From positions 16,244,001 to 16,308,000 of the forward strand of contig NC_043005.1 in assembly GCF_006345805.1 (NCBI RefSeq): a DNA stretch of 64,000 nucleotides, written 5' to 3'. Of the stretch, positions 13,350 through 27,618 are shown piece by piece. Source of the stretch: Octopus sinensis (taxonomy: Eukaryota). The stretch's first letter is position 1. Each line of letters opens with the position of its first letter. The translations under genes and the position numbers were made by a program. The notes under the pieces were generated by a model. It was given only the letters and a program-made list of their open reading frames with translations, was not told the DNA's origin and ran no database searches.

Positions 13350-14150
13350 ATAAGGGTTGGATAAAATAAAATTTCAAACAAATTTATTTTAATATGGGGT
13401 AGGACCGTCTTTGGCATTAATTACACATTCAAACACAGATTGAATTCTTCGAGGTATGGACTCGTACAAAGTTTGAACTGTTTCCGAAGGAAATTTTGTC
13501 CATTCTTTAGCTAAAACAGTTTCCATTTCATGTAGTGATGATGGTGGAGGGTATCGACTCCTTACTTGTTTTCCTAAAATGCACCATAAATGTTCAATAA
13601 TATTCAGATCTGGGGACTGTGGTGGCCAGATAAGATGTTCAACTTCACTAGAATGTTCCGCGTGCCATTCAGTAATAAATTTAGCTGTGTGAATTGGTGC
13701 ATTATCATCCTGAAAGCTTGCATTTCCCTCCGGAAACAGTTCCGCAACCATAGAATGAATTTGATCAGATAAAATGCTTAAATAGTCTTGACTATCAATT
13801 CTGCCATGAAGGGAAACCATTGAGCCGGCGGTTTTCCAAGATATAGGGCCTCCCCCCCCACCTCAGATCATCACAGATCCTCCTCCATGTTTAACAGTTG
13901 GAAGATGGCAGTCTGGCTCAAATGTTTCTTTTGGCTGTCTCCACGCGCATACTCGTCCGGTGGTCAGAAATAAGGTAAACTATGACTCATCCGAGAAAAT
14001 AAGTCTTCCACTGCTGTAGGGGCCCATTCTGTAGGTTTTTGCTCCACTCTAAATGCTTTGCAACGTTTGTTTTTGAAAGTAGTGGTTTTCTGTTGTCAAC
14101 CCTCCTGTGAAATCCGACTTTGTGCAGCACCCGGCGAACAGTTTTAACTA
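13350..14150 (-). mobile_element. Tc1-family transposase pseudogene fragment with DD36E spacing
   Basis: ORF 13389-13820 has FQDDNAPIH...WPPQSPDLNIIEHLW, with 36 residues between the second D and E. Upstream frames give TVRRVLHK, KPLLSK, IFSDES, PTVKHGGGSVMI. Truncated by SINEs at ~14150. Confidence 0.92.
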
Positions 14151-14650
14151 GCTTGATAACGAGGTTGATAAAATAAGTACCAGTTGAACACTGGGGTTCT
14201 ATGTAATCGACTCACCCCAAACTGCCCTTGTGGCAAAAATTTTAAGTAGTACTTATTCTATCGAATCGTTTTTGTCGAACCGCTAAGTGACGGGAACGTA
14301 AGCAAATCAACATGGGTTGCCAAGCGATGGTGGGGGCTGGGGCAAATACAGGCACAAATAACAAATACATACATACACATATATACATTTGTATACATAT
14401 ACGACGGGTTTCTTTTCCGTTTCCGCCAACCAAATCCGCTCACAAAGCTTTGGTGAGCCCGAGGCAATGGTAGAAGACACTTGCCCAAAGTGCCACGTAG
14501 TGGGACTGAACCCGGAACCATGTAATTGGGAAGCAATCATCTTATCACACGAATTCTTTGCCGAACTGCTATGTTACGGGAAGGTAAACACACCAACATC
14601 GGTTGTCAAGCGACGATCGGGGGGGGGGGTGACAAATACACACACACACA

Positions 14651-14738
<88 letters not shown>

Positions 14739-14895
14739 CAACGGGCTTCTTTTCAGTTTCCGTCCATCAAATTCATTCACAAGGATTTGGTCGTTCCGAG
14801 CATATAGTAGAAGACACTTGCGCAGGGTGTCACGCAGTGGGACTGAATCCGGAATCCCGTGGTTTGGAAACAAGCTTCTTACCACCCAACCATAC
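14150..14895 (-). mobile_element. Cluster of SINE fragments (family B piece plus two family A copies on minus strand)
   Basis: Family A motifs CCGCTAAGT.ACGGG, CGACGGG.TTCTTT.CAGTTTCCG and CACGCAGTGGGACTGAA at 14245-14530 and 14545-14895. Confidence 0.85.
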
Positions 14896-15613
14896 AGGTT
14901 TGTGTGTGTGTTTGTAAAATATATATTATCATTAAATTTTGAAGATAAGGACTCTCTTTAGGAGACGAGTCAGTTTATCAACCGAGTCTATCGTCAATGT
15001 TGTTACGCCTCCTTCCTCCAAACGGGAAGGAAGAGCTATTTTCATCCTACTTGTGGCTATGACGAAAGAATGTATCTGGTGGACGCGTCTGAAAAGATTA
15101 TAGACAAATACTTTCCTCTCTGGTCAATGTCTCATCAACTAAACACTACAAACAAGGGAGATAACTCCACTAACATCAGTAAATGAGAATTTTGGCAAAC
15201 ACGGACAATGTAATACTGAGTACAGGCGCGTTTGTATGTATGCATGTGTGCATGTGTGTATACATGTGTGTATACATGTATGTGTGCATTTGTGTATGTT
15301 TGTGGGGGTGATCACTAGTGTAAAGAGTGTTCGTCCTTACATGAGGTCGGCAATTGTCTATGGGGAACATGTAAATTAAAAACACACCAACAAACGGACA
15401 AACATAAGCACAAACAAACGCACAACAACAAGAGCAATAATAAATTTAAGTAATTTAAATGAAATAACGAAACAAAATGCTGTGTCGCATATAAATATTG
15501 TCATCTCAGCAACATATGTACAAGTATTATGCATCTATATATATGTGTGTGTGTGTGTGTGTGTATGTGTTTGAGTGTATGTGACTGTCTGTCTATATAT
15601 ATGTATATGTATG

Positions 15614-15663
<50 letters not shown>

Positions 15664-15859
15664 ATATACAACGGGCTTCTTTTCAGTTTCCGTCCATCAA
15701 ATTCATTCACAAGGATTTGGTCGTTCCGAGCATATAGTAGAAGACACTTGCGCAGGGTGTCACGCAGTGGGACTGAATCCGGAATCCCGTGGTTTGGAAA
15801 CAAGCTTCTTACCACCCAACCATACTGCACCTGTATATGTATATATTTACGTATGTGTG

Positions 15860-15891
<32 letters not shown>

Positions 15892-16782
15892 ATATACAAC
15901 GGGCTTCTTTTCAGTTTCCGTCCATCAAATTCATTCACAAGGATTTGGTCGTTCCGAGCATATAGTAGAAGACACTTGCGCAGGGTGTCACGCAGTGGGA
16001 CTGAATCCGGAATCCCGTGGTTTGGAAACAAGCTTCTTACCACCCAACCATACAGGTTTGTGTGTGTGTTGTAAAATATATATTATCATTAAATTTTGAA
16101 GATAAGGACTCTCTTTAGGAGACGAGTCAGTTTATCAACCGAGTCTATCGTCAATGTTGTTACGCCTCCTTCCTCCAAACGGGAAGGAAGAGCTATTTTC
16201 ATCCTACTTGTGGCTATGACGAAAGAATGTATCTGGTGGACGCGTCTGAAAAGATTATAGACAAATACTTTCCTCTCTGGTCAATGTCTCATCAACTAAA
16301 CACTACAAACAAGGGAGATAACTCCACTAACATCAGTAAATGAGAATTTTGGCAAACACGGACAATGTAATACTGAGTACAGGCGCGTTTGTATGTATGC
16401 ATGTGTGCATGTGTGTATACATGTGTGTATACATGTGTGTATACATGTATGTGTGCATTTGTGTATGTTTGTGGGGGTGATCACTAGTGTAAAGAGTGTT
16501 CGTCCTTACATGAGGTCGGCAATTGTCTATGGGGAACATGTAACTTAAAAACACACCAACAAACGGACAAACATAAGCACAAACAAACGCACAACAACAA
16601 GAGCAATAATAAATTTAAGTAATTTAAATGAAATAACGAAACAAAATGCTGTGTCGCATATAAATATTGTCATCTCAGCAACATATGTACAAGTATTATG
16701 CATCTATATATATATGTGTGTGTGTGTGTGTATGTGTTTGAGTGTATGTGACTGTCTGTCTATATATATGTATATGTATGTA

Positions 16783-16837
<55 letters not shown>

Positions 16838-16880
16838 ATATGTATATGTATATATTTACGTATGTGTGTATATATATATG
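14722..16880. repeat. Near-identical ~1.15-kb tandem duplication with an extra SINE-head copy
   Basis: ~14722-15670 is repeated at ~15875-16880. The same diagnostic SINE head occurs at 14740, 15668 and 15897. Confidence 0.9.
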
Positions 16881-17452
16881 TATGTATGTATTTATATGTG
16901 TATATACAAATATTAATTGGCTATATAGTGTTTGTGTGAGTGTGTGTGTGTGTGTAACTGTATTTACACACATACATAGCTAGTTAATTCATTGGATGTA
17001 TTTATTTAGTGAAACATTCTTAATTAAATTATGAGTGTAAGGTGTGAGTGTGGGGAGGGGGTATAGGACTAAGAATGATAGAATAAAGGAGAGTGAGGGG
17101 GAGGGTGTGTATGTATGTGTATGTCTCTCTCCCTCTTTCCGGCTTCCTCCTTCTTTAGCACCACCTCCCCCCATTATGTCGTCCACAAATAATCTCTCTC
17201 TCTCTCCCCTCTCTCTCTCTCTATCTCTCTCTTTCTCTCTTTCTCTCACTACCCATCCTTCCCTTTCTTTCCTCTGCTGGGTTCTAACACATAGGGAACT
17301 GCGGCATGTCCCAAATTTAATCCCGTACACGCATTATATACACGCACACTCACACATACATACGCTTGGGGGCGCGTACACACTCGCGCGCACACAAGCA
17401 TGCACACAAGTGTAAGAGAAAGGATAATAGATAGATAGATAGATAGATAGAT

Positions 17453-17489
<37 letters not shown>

Positions 17490-17498
17490 CAGACAGGC

Positions 17499-17595
<97 letters not shown>

Positions 17596-18039
17596 CGTTG
17601 TGTCATTAAAATCTGTCTCGCCATCTTTTTTGTCTCCCCCCCCCATTTCTCTCCACGCACACATACAGGCGCACATAGACATACGCACACATACATACAT
17701 ACATATATATATACTCATGTATACGTATGTGTGTATGTATATATGCATATATTAATATGTGTGTGTATGTATGTTTATATGCGCGTGTGTGTGTGTGTGT
17801 GTATCTATGTGTCATTTATGAGTATGTTTGTATACGCGGCAGTATTATTAATTGAAAATATTCCGGTATAAATGTCCCTGACCCGTCTTGAAACAATGGT
17901 CGGCACATTCTGAAGTTCCTCAGAAAGATCTGCTGAAGTCAACTGAATTTCTTTGATTGTTGTGTGCTTGTGTCTTTGCGCACGCGCACACACACACACA
18001 CACACATACATACATACATACATACATACATACATACAG

Positions 18040-18070
<31 letters not shown>

Positions 18071-18076
18071 TAAATA

Positions 18077-18143
<67 letters not shown>

Positions 18144-18168
18144 GATAGATAGAGAGATAGAGAGATAA

Positions 18169-18209
<41 letters not shown>

Positions 18210-18247
18210 GATAGATAGATAGATGTGTGTGTATATGTATATGTATG

Positions 18248-18296
<49 letters not shown>

Positions 18297-18958
18297 CGTG
18301 TATATATGTGTCTGTGTTTGCGTGTGTGTATGCATTGTGTATGTGCTTGTGTGTGTGCGTGTGTGTCTGTATGTGTGTGAGTGTGTGAAAGAGTGAGATG
18401 AGCTGGCGTTGAAGTGGTGCGGATTAACATAAAATGTAATTATGTACGATGCTGTTGTATAATAACGTATGTCTTTACGTCAATGTGTGTCTGTATGTGT
18501 GTGTGTGTGTGCGTGTGCGTGTGAGTGTGTGAGAGTGTGTATGCTTGTCTGTATTTGTGTGTGTCTGCGTCTGCCAATCTCTGTCTGTGAGTGATTCTTT
18601 TCGTATGTGTATGGCGCCCTTGATTCAGACGTTATTATGACCGGCTCAGTAGCAAAGTCGTAAAGAGAAGCTAGGAAATCCAAGTATACAAGATAACAAA
18701 GTTATTCTCTTTATCCTTCGTGCAACCAGTCATCCCTTAAATTCTAAAAGTTTCCCAGATCTCTATTGTCCCTCTTATCAAGATCATCGCCAGTGTTTAT
18801 GATTAAGGAGCTACCATCTTTCACCAAGAATCCCTATTCAGCTATACTTTGAAGAATGCAGGCTTGTGCAGACGTACATACCAACATACATACGTACGTG
18901 CATACACACACACACACACACACACACCACACACACACACACACGTGCACACACATAC

Positions 18959-18991
<33 letters not shown>

Positions 18992-19012
18992 TATGTAATG
19001 GTGTTTATCGTA

Positions 19013-19222
19013 TTTCTTTATTGCCCACAAGGGGCTAAACATAGAGGGGACAAACAAAGACAGACAGAGGGATTAAGACGATTAGATCGACCCCAGTGCG
19101 TAACTGGTACTTAATTTATCGACCCCGAAAGGATGAAAGGCAAAGTCGACCTCGGTGGAATTTGAACTCAGACGAAATACTGCTGGCATTTCACCCGGCA
19201 TGCTAACATTTCTGCCAGCTTG
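19013..19222 (-). mobile_element. SINE family B
   Basis: Head-to-tail match to 52985-53208. Confidence 0.9.
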
Positions 19223-19539
19223 TCTTATCTTAATATCTCATATATAAGACCAGAATTCAATTCGATTTAAAAAATAACGCTATCACATTCAACTGAATAC
19301 CAACGCAGGAAGCTTGTTTGGACTAGTTTACCTTGAAAACGTCGCAAGCGATGGACCTTTGATGAAATTGCAGCGACTAGGATGCATAATTGCATACAGA
19401 GCAATGTGCAGTTGCTGCAGTAGAAACATATGTTGGTCATTGTTATATATGCCGTAGAAAACTTTTCAATAAAAAAGTTTTGGATGTGAATAAATGTTCA
19501 CTCTCCTCTTGTTTTTCATTTATATATGTATATATATAT

Positions 19540-21220
19540 ATATATATATATACAGATAAAGAAATAGATTATAGCACGAACTTTAAATGTAAACCTAGTC
19601 ATTTTTACGGCCTACCTAAAATACGCAAGAGCAAGATAATTTATGAAAACTGCAAAGAATCACCAGGCAAATACAAGATTCAAAGTAAAGACCTATTATA
19701 TCTGGCCCAGCCTGTGAAACTCACCGATTAAGTAATTTTGTAGACATCCTACTGAAACCCTTGCTGATATACATGAAAAGTTTCATTAGGGACGATCTAG
19801 ATATGCTTAAGCACCTACGGAAAACAAATAATGACGATGCATTATTAGTTTCCTTCGATGTTTTTAATCTTTACACTTATATTCCACAGGACTATGGAAT
19901 AGAAACAATAAAATTCTGGCAGGAAAAGTACCTCGAAGCACTTCCGGAACGCATAAACCAGGTATTTATTATTGAAACTTCAAAATTTATATTTCAGAAC
20001 AATTATTTCCTATTTGATGAAACCTATTATCGACAAAAATGTGGAATTGCGATGAGAACGGAAGCAGCCCCTGTTCTTGCGAACTTAATTATACGATATT
20101 TCGAACTCAATCTATATGAAGTGCCACTGTAAAAATTTGGCTATACATTTCACCATTATATAAGAGAGAACTAGAAAAGATGTCTCGATGACTGTTTTAT
20201 CATTTGGAAGACCATTGATAAACGTTTGGAATTTAAATCAATACTAAACAGTATAAACCCTAACATTTAGTTTGCAATGGAATATAACAAAAAACAACTC
20301 CCTTTCTTAAATATTCTGATAAAAAAAAGTCAGCAACCAAATTGTAACGGATATTTATCATAAACCAACGGACTCGATGCAATGTATTTTGTTAACTCAT
20401 GCCACTCGAAACACATCAAAAGAAATATTCCCTTAAATTTAGCGAAAAGTATTTACAGAATAGTGTCCGATGGAAATACTTGGGACTTCCGTCTTCGTGA
20501 CCTCAGAACAGCTCTAACTGAGAGACACTATTCCTCCTCCCTTATAAAGGATGGAATTAAACGTACCAAGGAAACTATGGGAAACAAAACGAAATACCAC
20601 ACCGCATCTCAAAATACTATATCAACTGACAACCCTTAGAAACAATGAGGCATACAACACTATTGTACAAAATCTACCAATGCTCACTAGGGGTCCAAAA
20701 ATGAACAACATTCTGAAAGCATATAAATTCATCAATTATAAAAAGCAACCCAAATCGCTGAAAAGACTCTTGACAAATGCGAAGTTTTACACAACAACCA
20801 CGAAACCAGTGGTTAAAAAATGTAGACGTACAAACTGTGGAACATGCCCCAACCTACTGGAAGGCTTGGAATTCCAAATCGAACAAGGCGAGAGGCTATT
20901 ATTAAGACCAACTTCACTTGTGCATCCGAGAATTTAATTTATGTTATAACTTGTTCAGGTTGTGGACATATCTATATAGGACAATCAAGTATGGCACTTC
21001 GACGGAGAACCACACTATATAAGAAACAGATCCGTTTCCCAAAGAATAGACAGATACCTTTGAGAGAACACATATAGAGAGGTGTGCAGGGAATTTCCAA
21101 CCAAATTTCAGTTTTCCCCATCTACCAGTGCAAAGAAACAATTTCAGTACAAGAACGTTTAAATATAGAAAATTTATTTATCGAAAAATACAGAGCACCT
21201 GTAAATGTGAACGCGCAACC
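19540..21220 (+). mobile_element. Penelope-like retroelement 2 (Neptune-like), decayed RT + GIY-YIG
   Basis: FYGLPKIRK, LLVSFDVFNLYTYIP, YYRQKCGIAM, APVLANL, CLDDCFII, HKPTDS, NSCHSKHIKRNIPLNLAK, KKCRRTNCGTC, NFTCASENLIYVITCSGCGHIYIGQ, ERLNIENLFIEKY. Related to PLE1 but distinct. Confidence 0.93.
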
Positions 21221-21593
21221 AACTTTGGTCTCAGTATGTATTTTAATTCATGATTACATATTCATCACTGTACATATTTCATCTCACTACTTCAGCTTAT
21301 GAGTTTTTGTGTGTTTATTTATCCCACTCCAAAAATGAGTAATTACCTCCTCTGTCCCAAGTAATAACTATCACCAATTACCTCTCCTTACATTTTTCTA
21401 CCTGTTGACTCATTCACAAACTTTCATACAAGAACATATACTAACATTTTAAGGAAATACGAAATTAAAATAAGTTCAATGTCATGACTATCGAAAGCGA
21501 AACCGGACAACAACCACAATATTCTTTCATTTAAAATATATTAAAACTATGAAAACTGTGTTAATTTTCCTTCTTTTACTAATATATATATAT

Positions 21594-21848
21594 GGGGTGC
21601 AATGGCCCAATGGTTAGGGCAGCGGACTCGCGGTTGTAGGATTGCAGTTTCGATTCCCAGACCGGGCGTTGTGATTGTTTATTGAGCGAAAACACCAAAA
21701 AGTCCCACGAGGCTCAGACAGGGGGTGGTGATCCCAGCTGTACTCTTTCACCACTCTTTCTCCCACTCTTTCTTCTGTTGGTCTGCTCGCTTAGCCATTG
21801 TGACCAACGATGTGTAACTACTTCTGATGGACTAGTCGGTCACGTGAT

Positions 21849-21855
<7 letters not shown>
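21594..21855 (+). mobile_element. tRNA-derived SINE family C, tail type 2 (internally deleted)
   Basis: Head GG.GCAATGGCCCA.TGGTTAGGGCAGCGGACTCGCGG with A and B boxes, ending GTCGGTCACGTGATCACGTGA. Confidence 0.9.
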
Positions 21856-21889
<34 letters not shown>

Positions 21890-23350
21890 CAATATAAGGG
21901 TAGCAAAAAATTCAATAGAAATTTTTTTCGCCACCAGCGGTCTAGTGAGAAAGAGAAAATAGTCAAAATACTATATAATATACATTCAACAATAATATTA
22001 AGGAATGGCCTTAATAGGCCATTCAACTCACTAAAACGAGCAGCTATACTCAAACCGCTAAATAGTAGTAATTCAGAAATCAAAGGAAAATTAAAAACAT
22101 TAATATTGTTGAATATATATATATATAAATATATTGCATTACAAGTCACCACGTGGGAATAATCGAAATTCTCTTCTCTTTTCTTAATACATTTTGTTAT
22201 TTGGAATAATAGATTCTTCATGTTTATAGATTTCTTTTTCCTCATGTATTTTTCTTATCACATTGACTCCAAAAAGCATGTTTATATTTTGTGGTCACAA
22301 ACGACAATACCGGGTTGGTTCTGTTTTAATTTGATTGCCATTTCAATTCTCATGTTTCACTGATATAAATTTGATCTATAATTCTCAATATGATCGTCTT
22401 TATTCTTTTTATTTTCATCATTCTTGCTCAATTTCAGATTTCTCCGACTACGACATAATGCCTTATGAGAAGCTAGTATCTAAAGAACACTGTTACATAG
22501 TTGGCATTCTTTTCCTTTTTTGCTTAGCACAATGGTTAATGCTTTCTGTCTTTCATACGCTGAGGGTGCTTTGGTTTCTGTCTTTCTGAGGGTGTTTTGG
22601 GTTGCAATTTTTTGTCACTGGATTGCGATTGCATGGAGGTAATATTCATGGTAAGATGTTATAAACTTGAAATTCCAGTCTTTAAGCAGTATATATTTCC
22701 TTTATGGTCTTTGTCGTTTCAACTACCCTTCCACAGCCTTCTCAGTGAGATGGTCCAGATTTCCTTTTGGTATTGCTTTAAATAAGCCTTCGAATGTTGC
22801 ATGGGGAGAGATCAATTTTTGTTGTTCGTTTTATTATTTTTTAATATTACACCTCAGGTTTATTTGCTGCCTTAATAACGATTTATTTTCGTTCTTGCAA
22901 ACTTGAGTAAGACTTAAATCCATGGTTGTCTTCCTACTTATTCCTGGATTATCTGGCGGTAGTCTTCAAGATGATCCTACAAACGTATCACTACTCCATG
23001 CTAGACTTTTAGCGAGGTTTACTCCCTCTCTGGTCTTCATTTTTAGTGACAAGTCTCCATATAAAACCTTCTCAAATAAGTGAGTTTATTATTTTGCTGT
23101 TGCATTCCAAAGAATTTTTAATGTTACTTAAACAGAGATTTGTGTCAAACTTTGCTTCAAACTTTTCCTCAGATTTACTTGTTACATTTACGAGGTTTTC
23201 ATTTTCGTGTCCCTAAACTTGAGCAGGGTTGTTGTTGAGCCTTCTCTCTGCTGGAGATGTTGTTTCAGTGTTTCAGTCCAGGGCTCATGAGATGTTAATG
23301 CAGATTGAACGCCAGGGCCACCCTCCTCGCGTGGGAAATAAAATCTGTCA
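21890..23350 (-). mobile_element. Possible decayed N-terminal region of a PLE
   Basis: ORF 21889-22245 contains NVFNFPLISELLLFSGLS, which weakly resembles the PLE NLS....E..LL..GL motif. The rest is degenerate. Confidence 0.3.
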
Positions 23351-24089
23351 GCTTTACCATTGATGTTTAAATTCTAGTGCGTGCTTATAGATATACATTC
23401 ATGTATGTATTTATGTATATATTCATGCATATGTGTGTGCGTGTATATATGTGTGTCTCCTTCTTCTTCATTCTTTAAATTCTTCCTAAAGAGAGGACTA
23501 GTTTCTGACTAAAAAAACAAATTTCAGTCATTATAATTTAGTTAGGTATAAAGTTACATCTCAAAAATCACTTAATAACATTACCGGGTGGTGCACATAA
23601 TTTTGAGTGGAAATGTAATTTATTATCTAAGGAGAGTAGTAATAGGTTTCGAAGTAGTCAGCCATAAATATTCCCTCTATCGCTAACTTTTAATTAAATG
23701 TTCGCATCTACAGATTAGCTAGCGTTTATTCATAGATATTTAATGTTCAAACAGCATTTACGATGTCTGTTATGTTTTGTATTTAATGAGAGTTTTACCT
23801 TCCTGCTCTTTACGTTCTAAGCTCAAATCTGCCCGAGGTCACCTTTGCATTTCATCCGGAGTTGATGAAATAAAGTACTAGGCAAAAACTGGAGTCGATG
23901 GTATCGACTACCCACCCCTACCCCTCAAAATTGCTGACCTTATGTCTAAAATAGAAGCCACTATCTATTCTGTTGAGTACGCAAATATGCTTCGGCATGG
24001 TCGGAATGCCATGGGACAACGAAAATGTTTATTTGCTGTTCTCATGGCAGTCCACCCAATGGAACGTTTCGTACAGAGCGATTCAAAAG

Positions 24090-24646
24090 TATTAAGTTGT
24101 CCGGAAAGTTCGTGTCGATTTATAACAGCTTACCTTTCGACTTATTTTAGAACATGGTTGAGTTCATAAAATAGGATTTAACTACACCGCCTTTTAGAGC
24201 ACAGTTTAAGCTTTCGTGGAAGAAGGTTTATGTTTTTATAACCAGTGTTAATTCTGTAACCCTTTAAAATGGAAGATAAGAAAGTTCCTTTTCGGCACTT
24301 CACGTTTTGGGAACCAGACAAAAATTGCTGCAGCTTGGCTGGGATGTGTTACCCCACCCTCCATATTCACTAGATATTGCTCCTTCGGATTTCCAGGTCT
24401 CTGCAGAATAGTCTTAGTGGTAAAAATTTCAATTCCTTGGATGACGTAAAAAGATACCTTGATGAATTCTTTGCCATGAAAGCACCTCAATTCTGGGAAG
24501 AGGGTATTTTCAAGTTAAAGGAAAGATGGAGACGCATTGTGCAATAAAATGGTTCATATTTGGTTGATTAAAAATATAATGGCAAGTATTTATTGACCTT
24601 TTTCTTTCCTTTAAAAATCGGTACGAACTTTCCGGATAACCCAATA
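24090..24646 (+). mobile_element. Internally deleted mariner element with both TIRs
   Basis: Left TIR TATTAAGTTGTCCGGAAAGTTCGTGTCGATTT and right TIR AAATCGGTACGAACTTTCCGGATAACCCAATA. MEDKKVPFRH start is joined to TRQKLLQLGWDVLPHPPYSLDIAPSDF...GIFKLKERWRRIV. Confidence 0.92.
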
Positions 24647-24659
24647 CTTTTGGCATTTT

Positions 24660-25490
24660 TATTTTATATATCCTTTATATGTGAAAGGATTTCTAAATCA
24701 TCCTGCATATTGTTTTAGCAACATCTTAACTTAAAGAAAGGCATTTGAACAGCTTCCTACCTCACGTGTCATATCGTTGGTTAATCGAGATTTTCGGTTG
24801 CATCTTCAGGCTTTCAAGACTTACCTGTCTTTTGATCAAAGTTTTTAGTACTTATTTTTTACTCTGGGAATGCAAAAGCATAGTCTTAGAAGTGCAAGTG
24901 ATGTAACGATTACAGAAGTTAGAGATTCCTGTTGTTGTGAACATAATTTTCAAGATTCCGAGTAATATACTCAGCCTTGCATTACTTTTAGATTGTTTGC
25001 AGAATGTTTCGCCGCTAGATTTTGTTTAGGTATGTTTTCCATCATTGACTACAAACGGTTTACCGGGGAGTTCACCCATCTTATGTTGCTCATCTCAGAC
25101 TGGTTGAGATAGTTGTTTTCACTGTTGTTAAGCAGATATTGTCTAAGTGAAACTATACAACACTCAAATGATGTCTGAACTTTCATACGTCTCTTTCCTT
25201 TGTTGTCACTTTGAAAGTAGAGTTTGTTGATGTAGCTATTTCATAATTCAATTTCATAATTCAATCCGGTTACTAACAAAGGGATCCATTTCCAGGTGCT
25301 ACAGTTTACCCGCGAGTACCAAAGAGTAACATTTTCGAAGGCTTCTAATTCCTTGTACGTTGTGCATCGCTACAAGAGGTCTTCATAGCAGACAAGTATT
25401 TATTCTCTTTCTTAGTTCATTGTTGATCCATAAGATCATTTCAGCTGTGATCGAAGCTGCAGATTGAAGATTGGGAAGTACAGTAATCAA
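24660..25490 (-). mobile_element. Very degenerate non-LTR retrotransposon fragment (possibly RLE/R4-type)
   Basis: Minus-strand frame pieces such as FECCIVSLRQYLLNN resemble the post-RT region of R4-type elements. No catalytic motif seen. Confidence 0.3.
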
Positions 25491-25990
25491 AGCAACCCTA
25501 GTTGAAGCAGATGGCCATTATCGATTTCAGTACACGATAACAGAGAGCGAGTAAGTCGCAGTGTTCTGTATGTAGACAGTGTTTATGCAGCTGTGTTCTG
25601 TATGTATTGTTCCATATGAAATGTGTGCATGTGCGGGCGCGTGTGCAGTGGTGTTGTGTATGCAGTGCGTATCTATTTGTGCAACAATGTTCTGCATGTG
25701 GAGGATATGTGTTTATGTAGCTGTGTTCCTTATGAGTGTATATATGTGTATACAGCTGGGGTCTTTTTGTAAAGTATGTATGTGTATGCAACTGTGATTT
25801 CTTTTTCTATGTGTGGTATATATGTGTTCTGCGTTTAGTATGCATTATGTGTGTATGTACAGGTGCATACCCTATGTGGTCTGTTCAAAGTGTGTATGTC
25901 TGTGCAGTTGACACTTATTATGTTGCTGTCGCTGTTGTTTAACTCTTACTCAGCCATTGTCGTTCAAATGTATTCCTGCCGTGACCATAT

Positions 25991-26392
25991 AGGCGCAGGA
26001 GTGGCTGTTTGGTAAGTAGCTTGCTAACCAACCACATGGTTCCGGGTTCAGTCCCACTGCGTGGCATCTTGGGCACGTGTCTTCTGCTATAGCCCCGGGC
26101 CGACCAATGCCTTGTGAGTGGATTTGGTAGACGGAAACTGAAAGAAGCCTGTCGTATATATGTATATATATAAGTGTGTGTGAATATGTTTGTGGTGTCT
26201 GTGTTTGTTCCCCTAGCATTGCTTGACACCGATGCTGGTGTGTTTACGTCCCCGTCACTTAGCGGTTCGGCAAAGAGACCGATAGAATAAGTACTGGGCT
26301 TACAAGAATAAGTCCCGGGGTCGATTTGCTCGACTAAAGGCGGTGCTCCAGCATGGTCGCAGTCAAATGACTGAAACAAGTAAAAAAAAAAA
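25991..26392 (+). mobile_element. SINE family A, full length (tRNA-like head, CORE-like segment, LINE-type tail)
   Basis: GGCGCAGGAGTGGCTG...GGTTCCGGGTTCAGTCCCACTGCGTGGCATCTTGGGCA...GGCGGTGCTCCAGCATGGTCGCAGTCAAATGACTGAAACAAGTAAA. Confidence 0.92.
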
Positions 26393-26581
26393 TACCGTCT
26401 TTTTCCTGCATATCGTGCGCCTAGGATCACGTTTTCCAATGTGTCCTTACTTTCTGAAGCAGGGCAGTGCAATCTGACGATTTGGCTGCTATTTTTTGCA
26501 ATTCAAGTAACTTTACAGATACTACATGTGTTTATGTGTGTGTGTGTGTGGTGCGTGCGTGCGTGCGTGCGTGCGTGCTTG

Positions 26582-26629
<48 letters not shown>

Positions 26630-26767
26630 ATATATATATATATATAGGAAAAATGGGGTAAATGTTTTTATTTTTCATTTCCTTTCAGAATTACAACTAT
26701 TAGTGGCTGGGAGTTTTAACTGCTCTTTCTAGTGAGTAGGATATCCTATTATCGGTTATCTCTTATG

Positions 26768-26801
<34 letters not shown>

Positions 26802-26808
26802 ATATATC

Positions 26809-26848
<40 letters not shown>

Positions 26849-27618
26849 GTATACTTGTATATGCATATACGTGTATATGTATATATGTTTGTATATGCTT
26901 CTGTATGTCAGTTTGTACATTTATATAAATGAGTGCAAGAGTCAGAAGAGGAAAGGCAAAATTAAAAACAAGATTTTCGTTGGAACGTAACGTTTAGAGC
27001 TGTTCCTAGGAAAGACCTCTGATTTTCAGAATAATTTCACTGAATGATTTTTAATACGATATCTGTGGTTGAAGGGTTACGACCTGAGCTGTTATGAGAC
27101 CATAGTTGTAAGCAGTAGCCCAACCTACTCAAAACCAACAGTTAAATTAGTAGAGTCGTTAGAGCATCGGGTAGAATGCGTTGGAGTATTTGTTCCCACT
27201 CTCTGCGATCTAAATTCAAACCCATACTTTATTTTTATTTCTTTCAAGATTGATAAAGCAAAAAGTACCAATCCAGGGACAGTAATGTGATGAGATTATA
27301 AAAACGTCTAGCCTGATGTTTTGTAACTTTTGTCCCAATATTTTGCGTTCTGAGTTCAAATACTGCCGTGGATACTTGAGTGGCAGACTTCATCTATTTC
27401 CCAGTGTACCACAGCCTCCTGATAACACTGAAGAAGTAAAATCACGCCGAAACACCATTCTGGCAGTGTGTCGATATCACGTGGGTCCCAGCTCGATGTG
27501 TTTTTAAACATCAAAAAAATTCAGTTCTATATTTAAGAGATGAGGAACTATGTACATTATTTACATTATTTATATTATTTACATTCGACTGATATCTGTC
27601 CTCATCTTGTTTGTTGTT

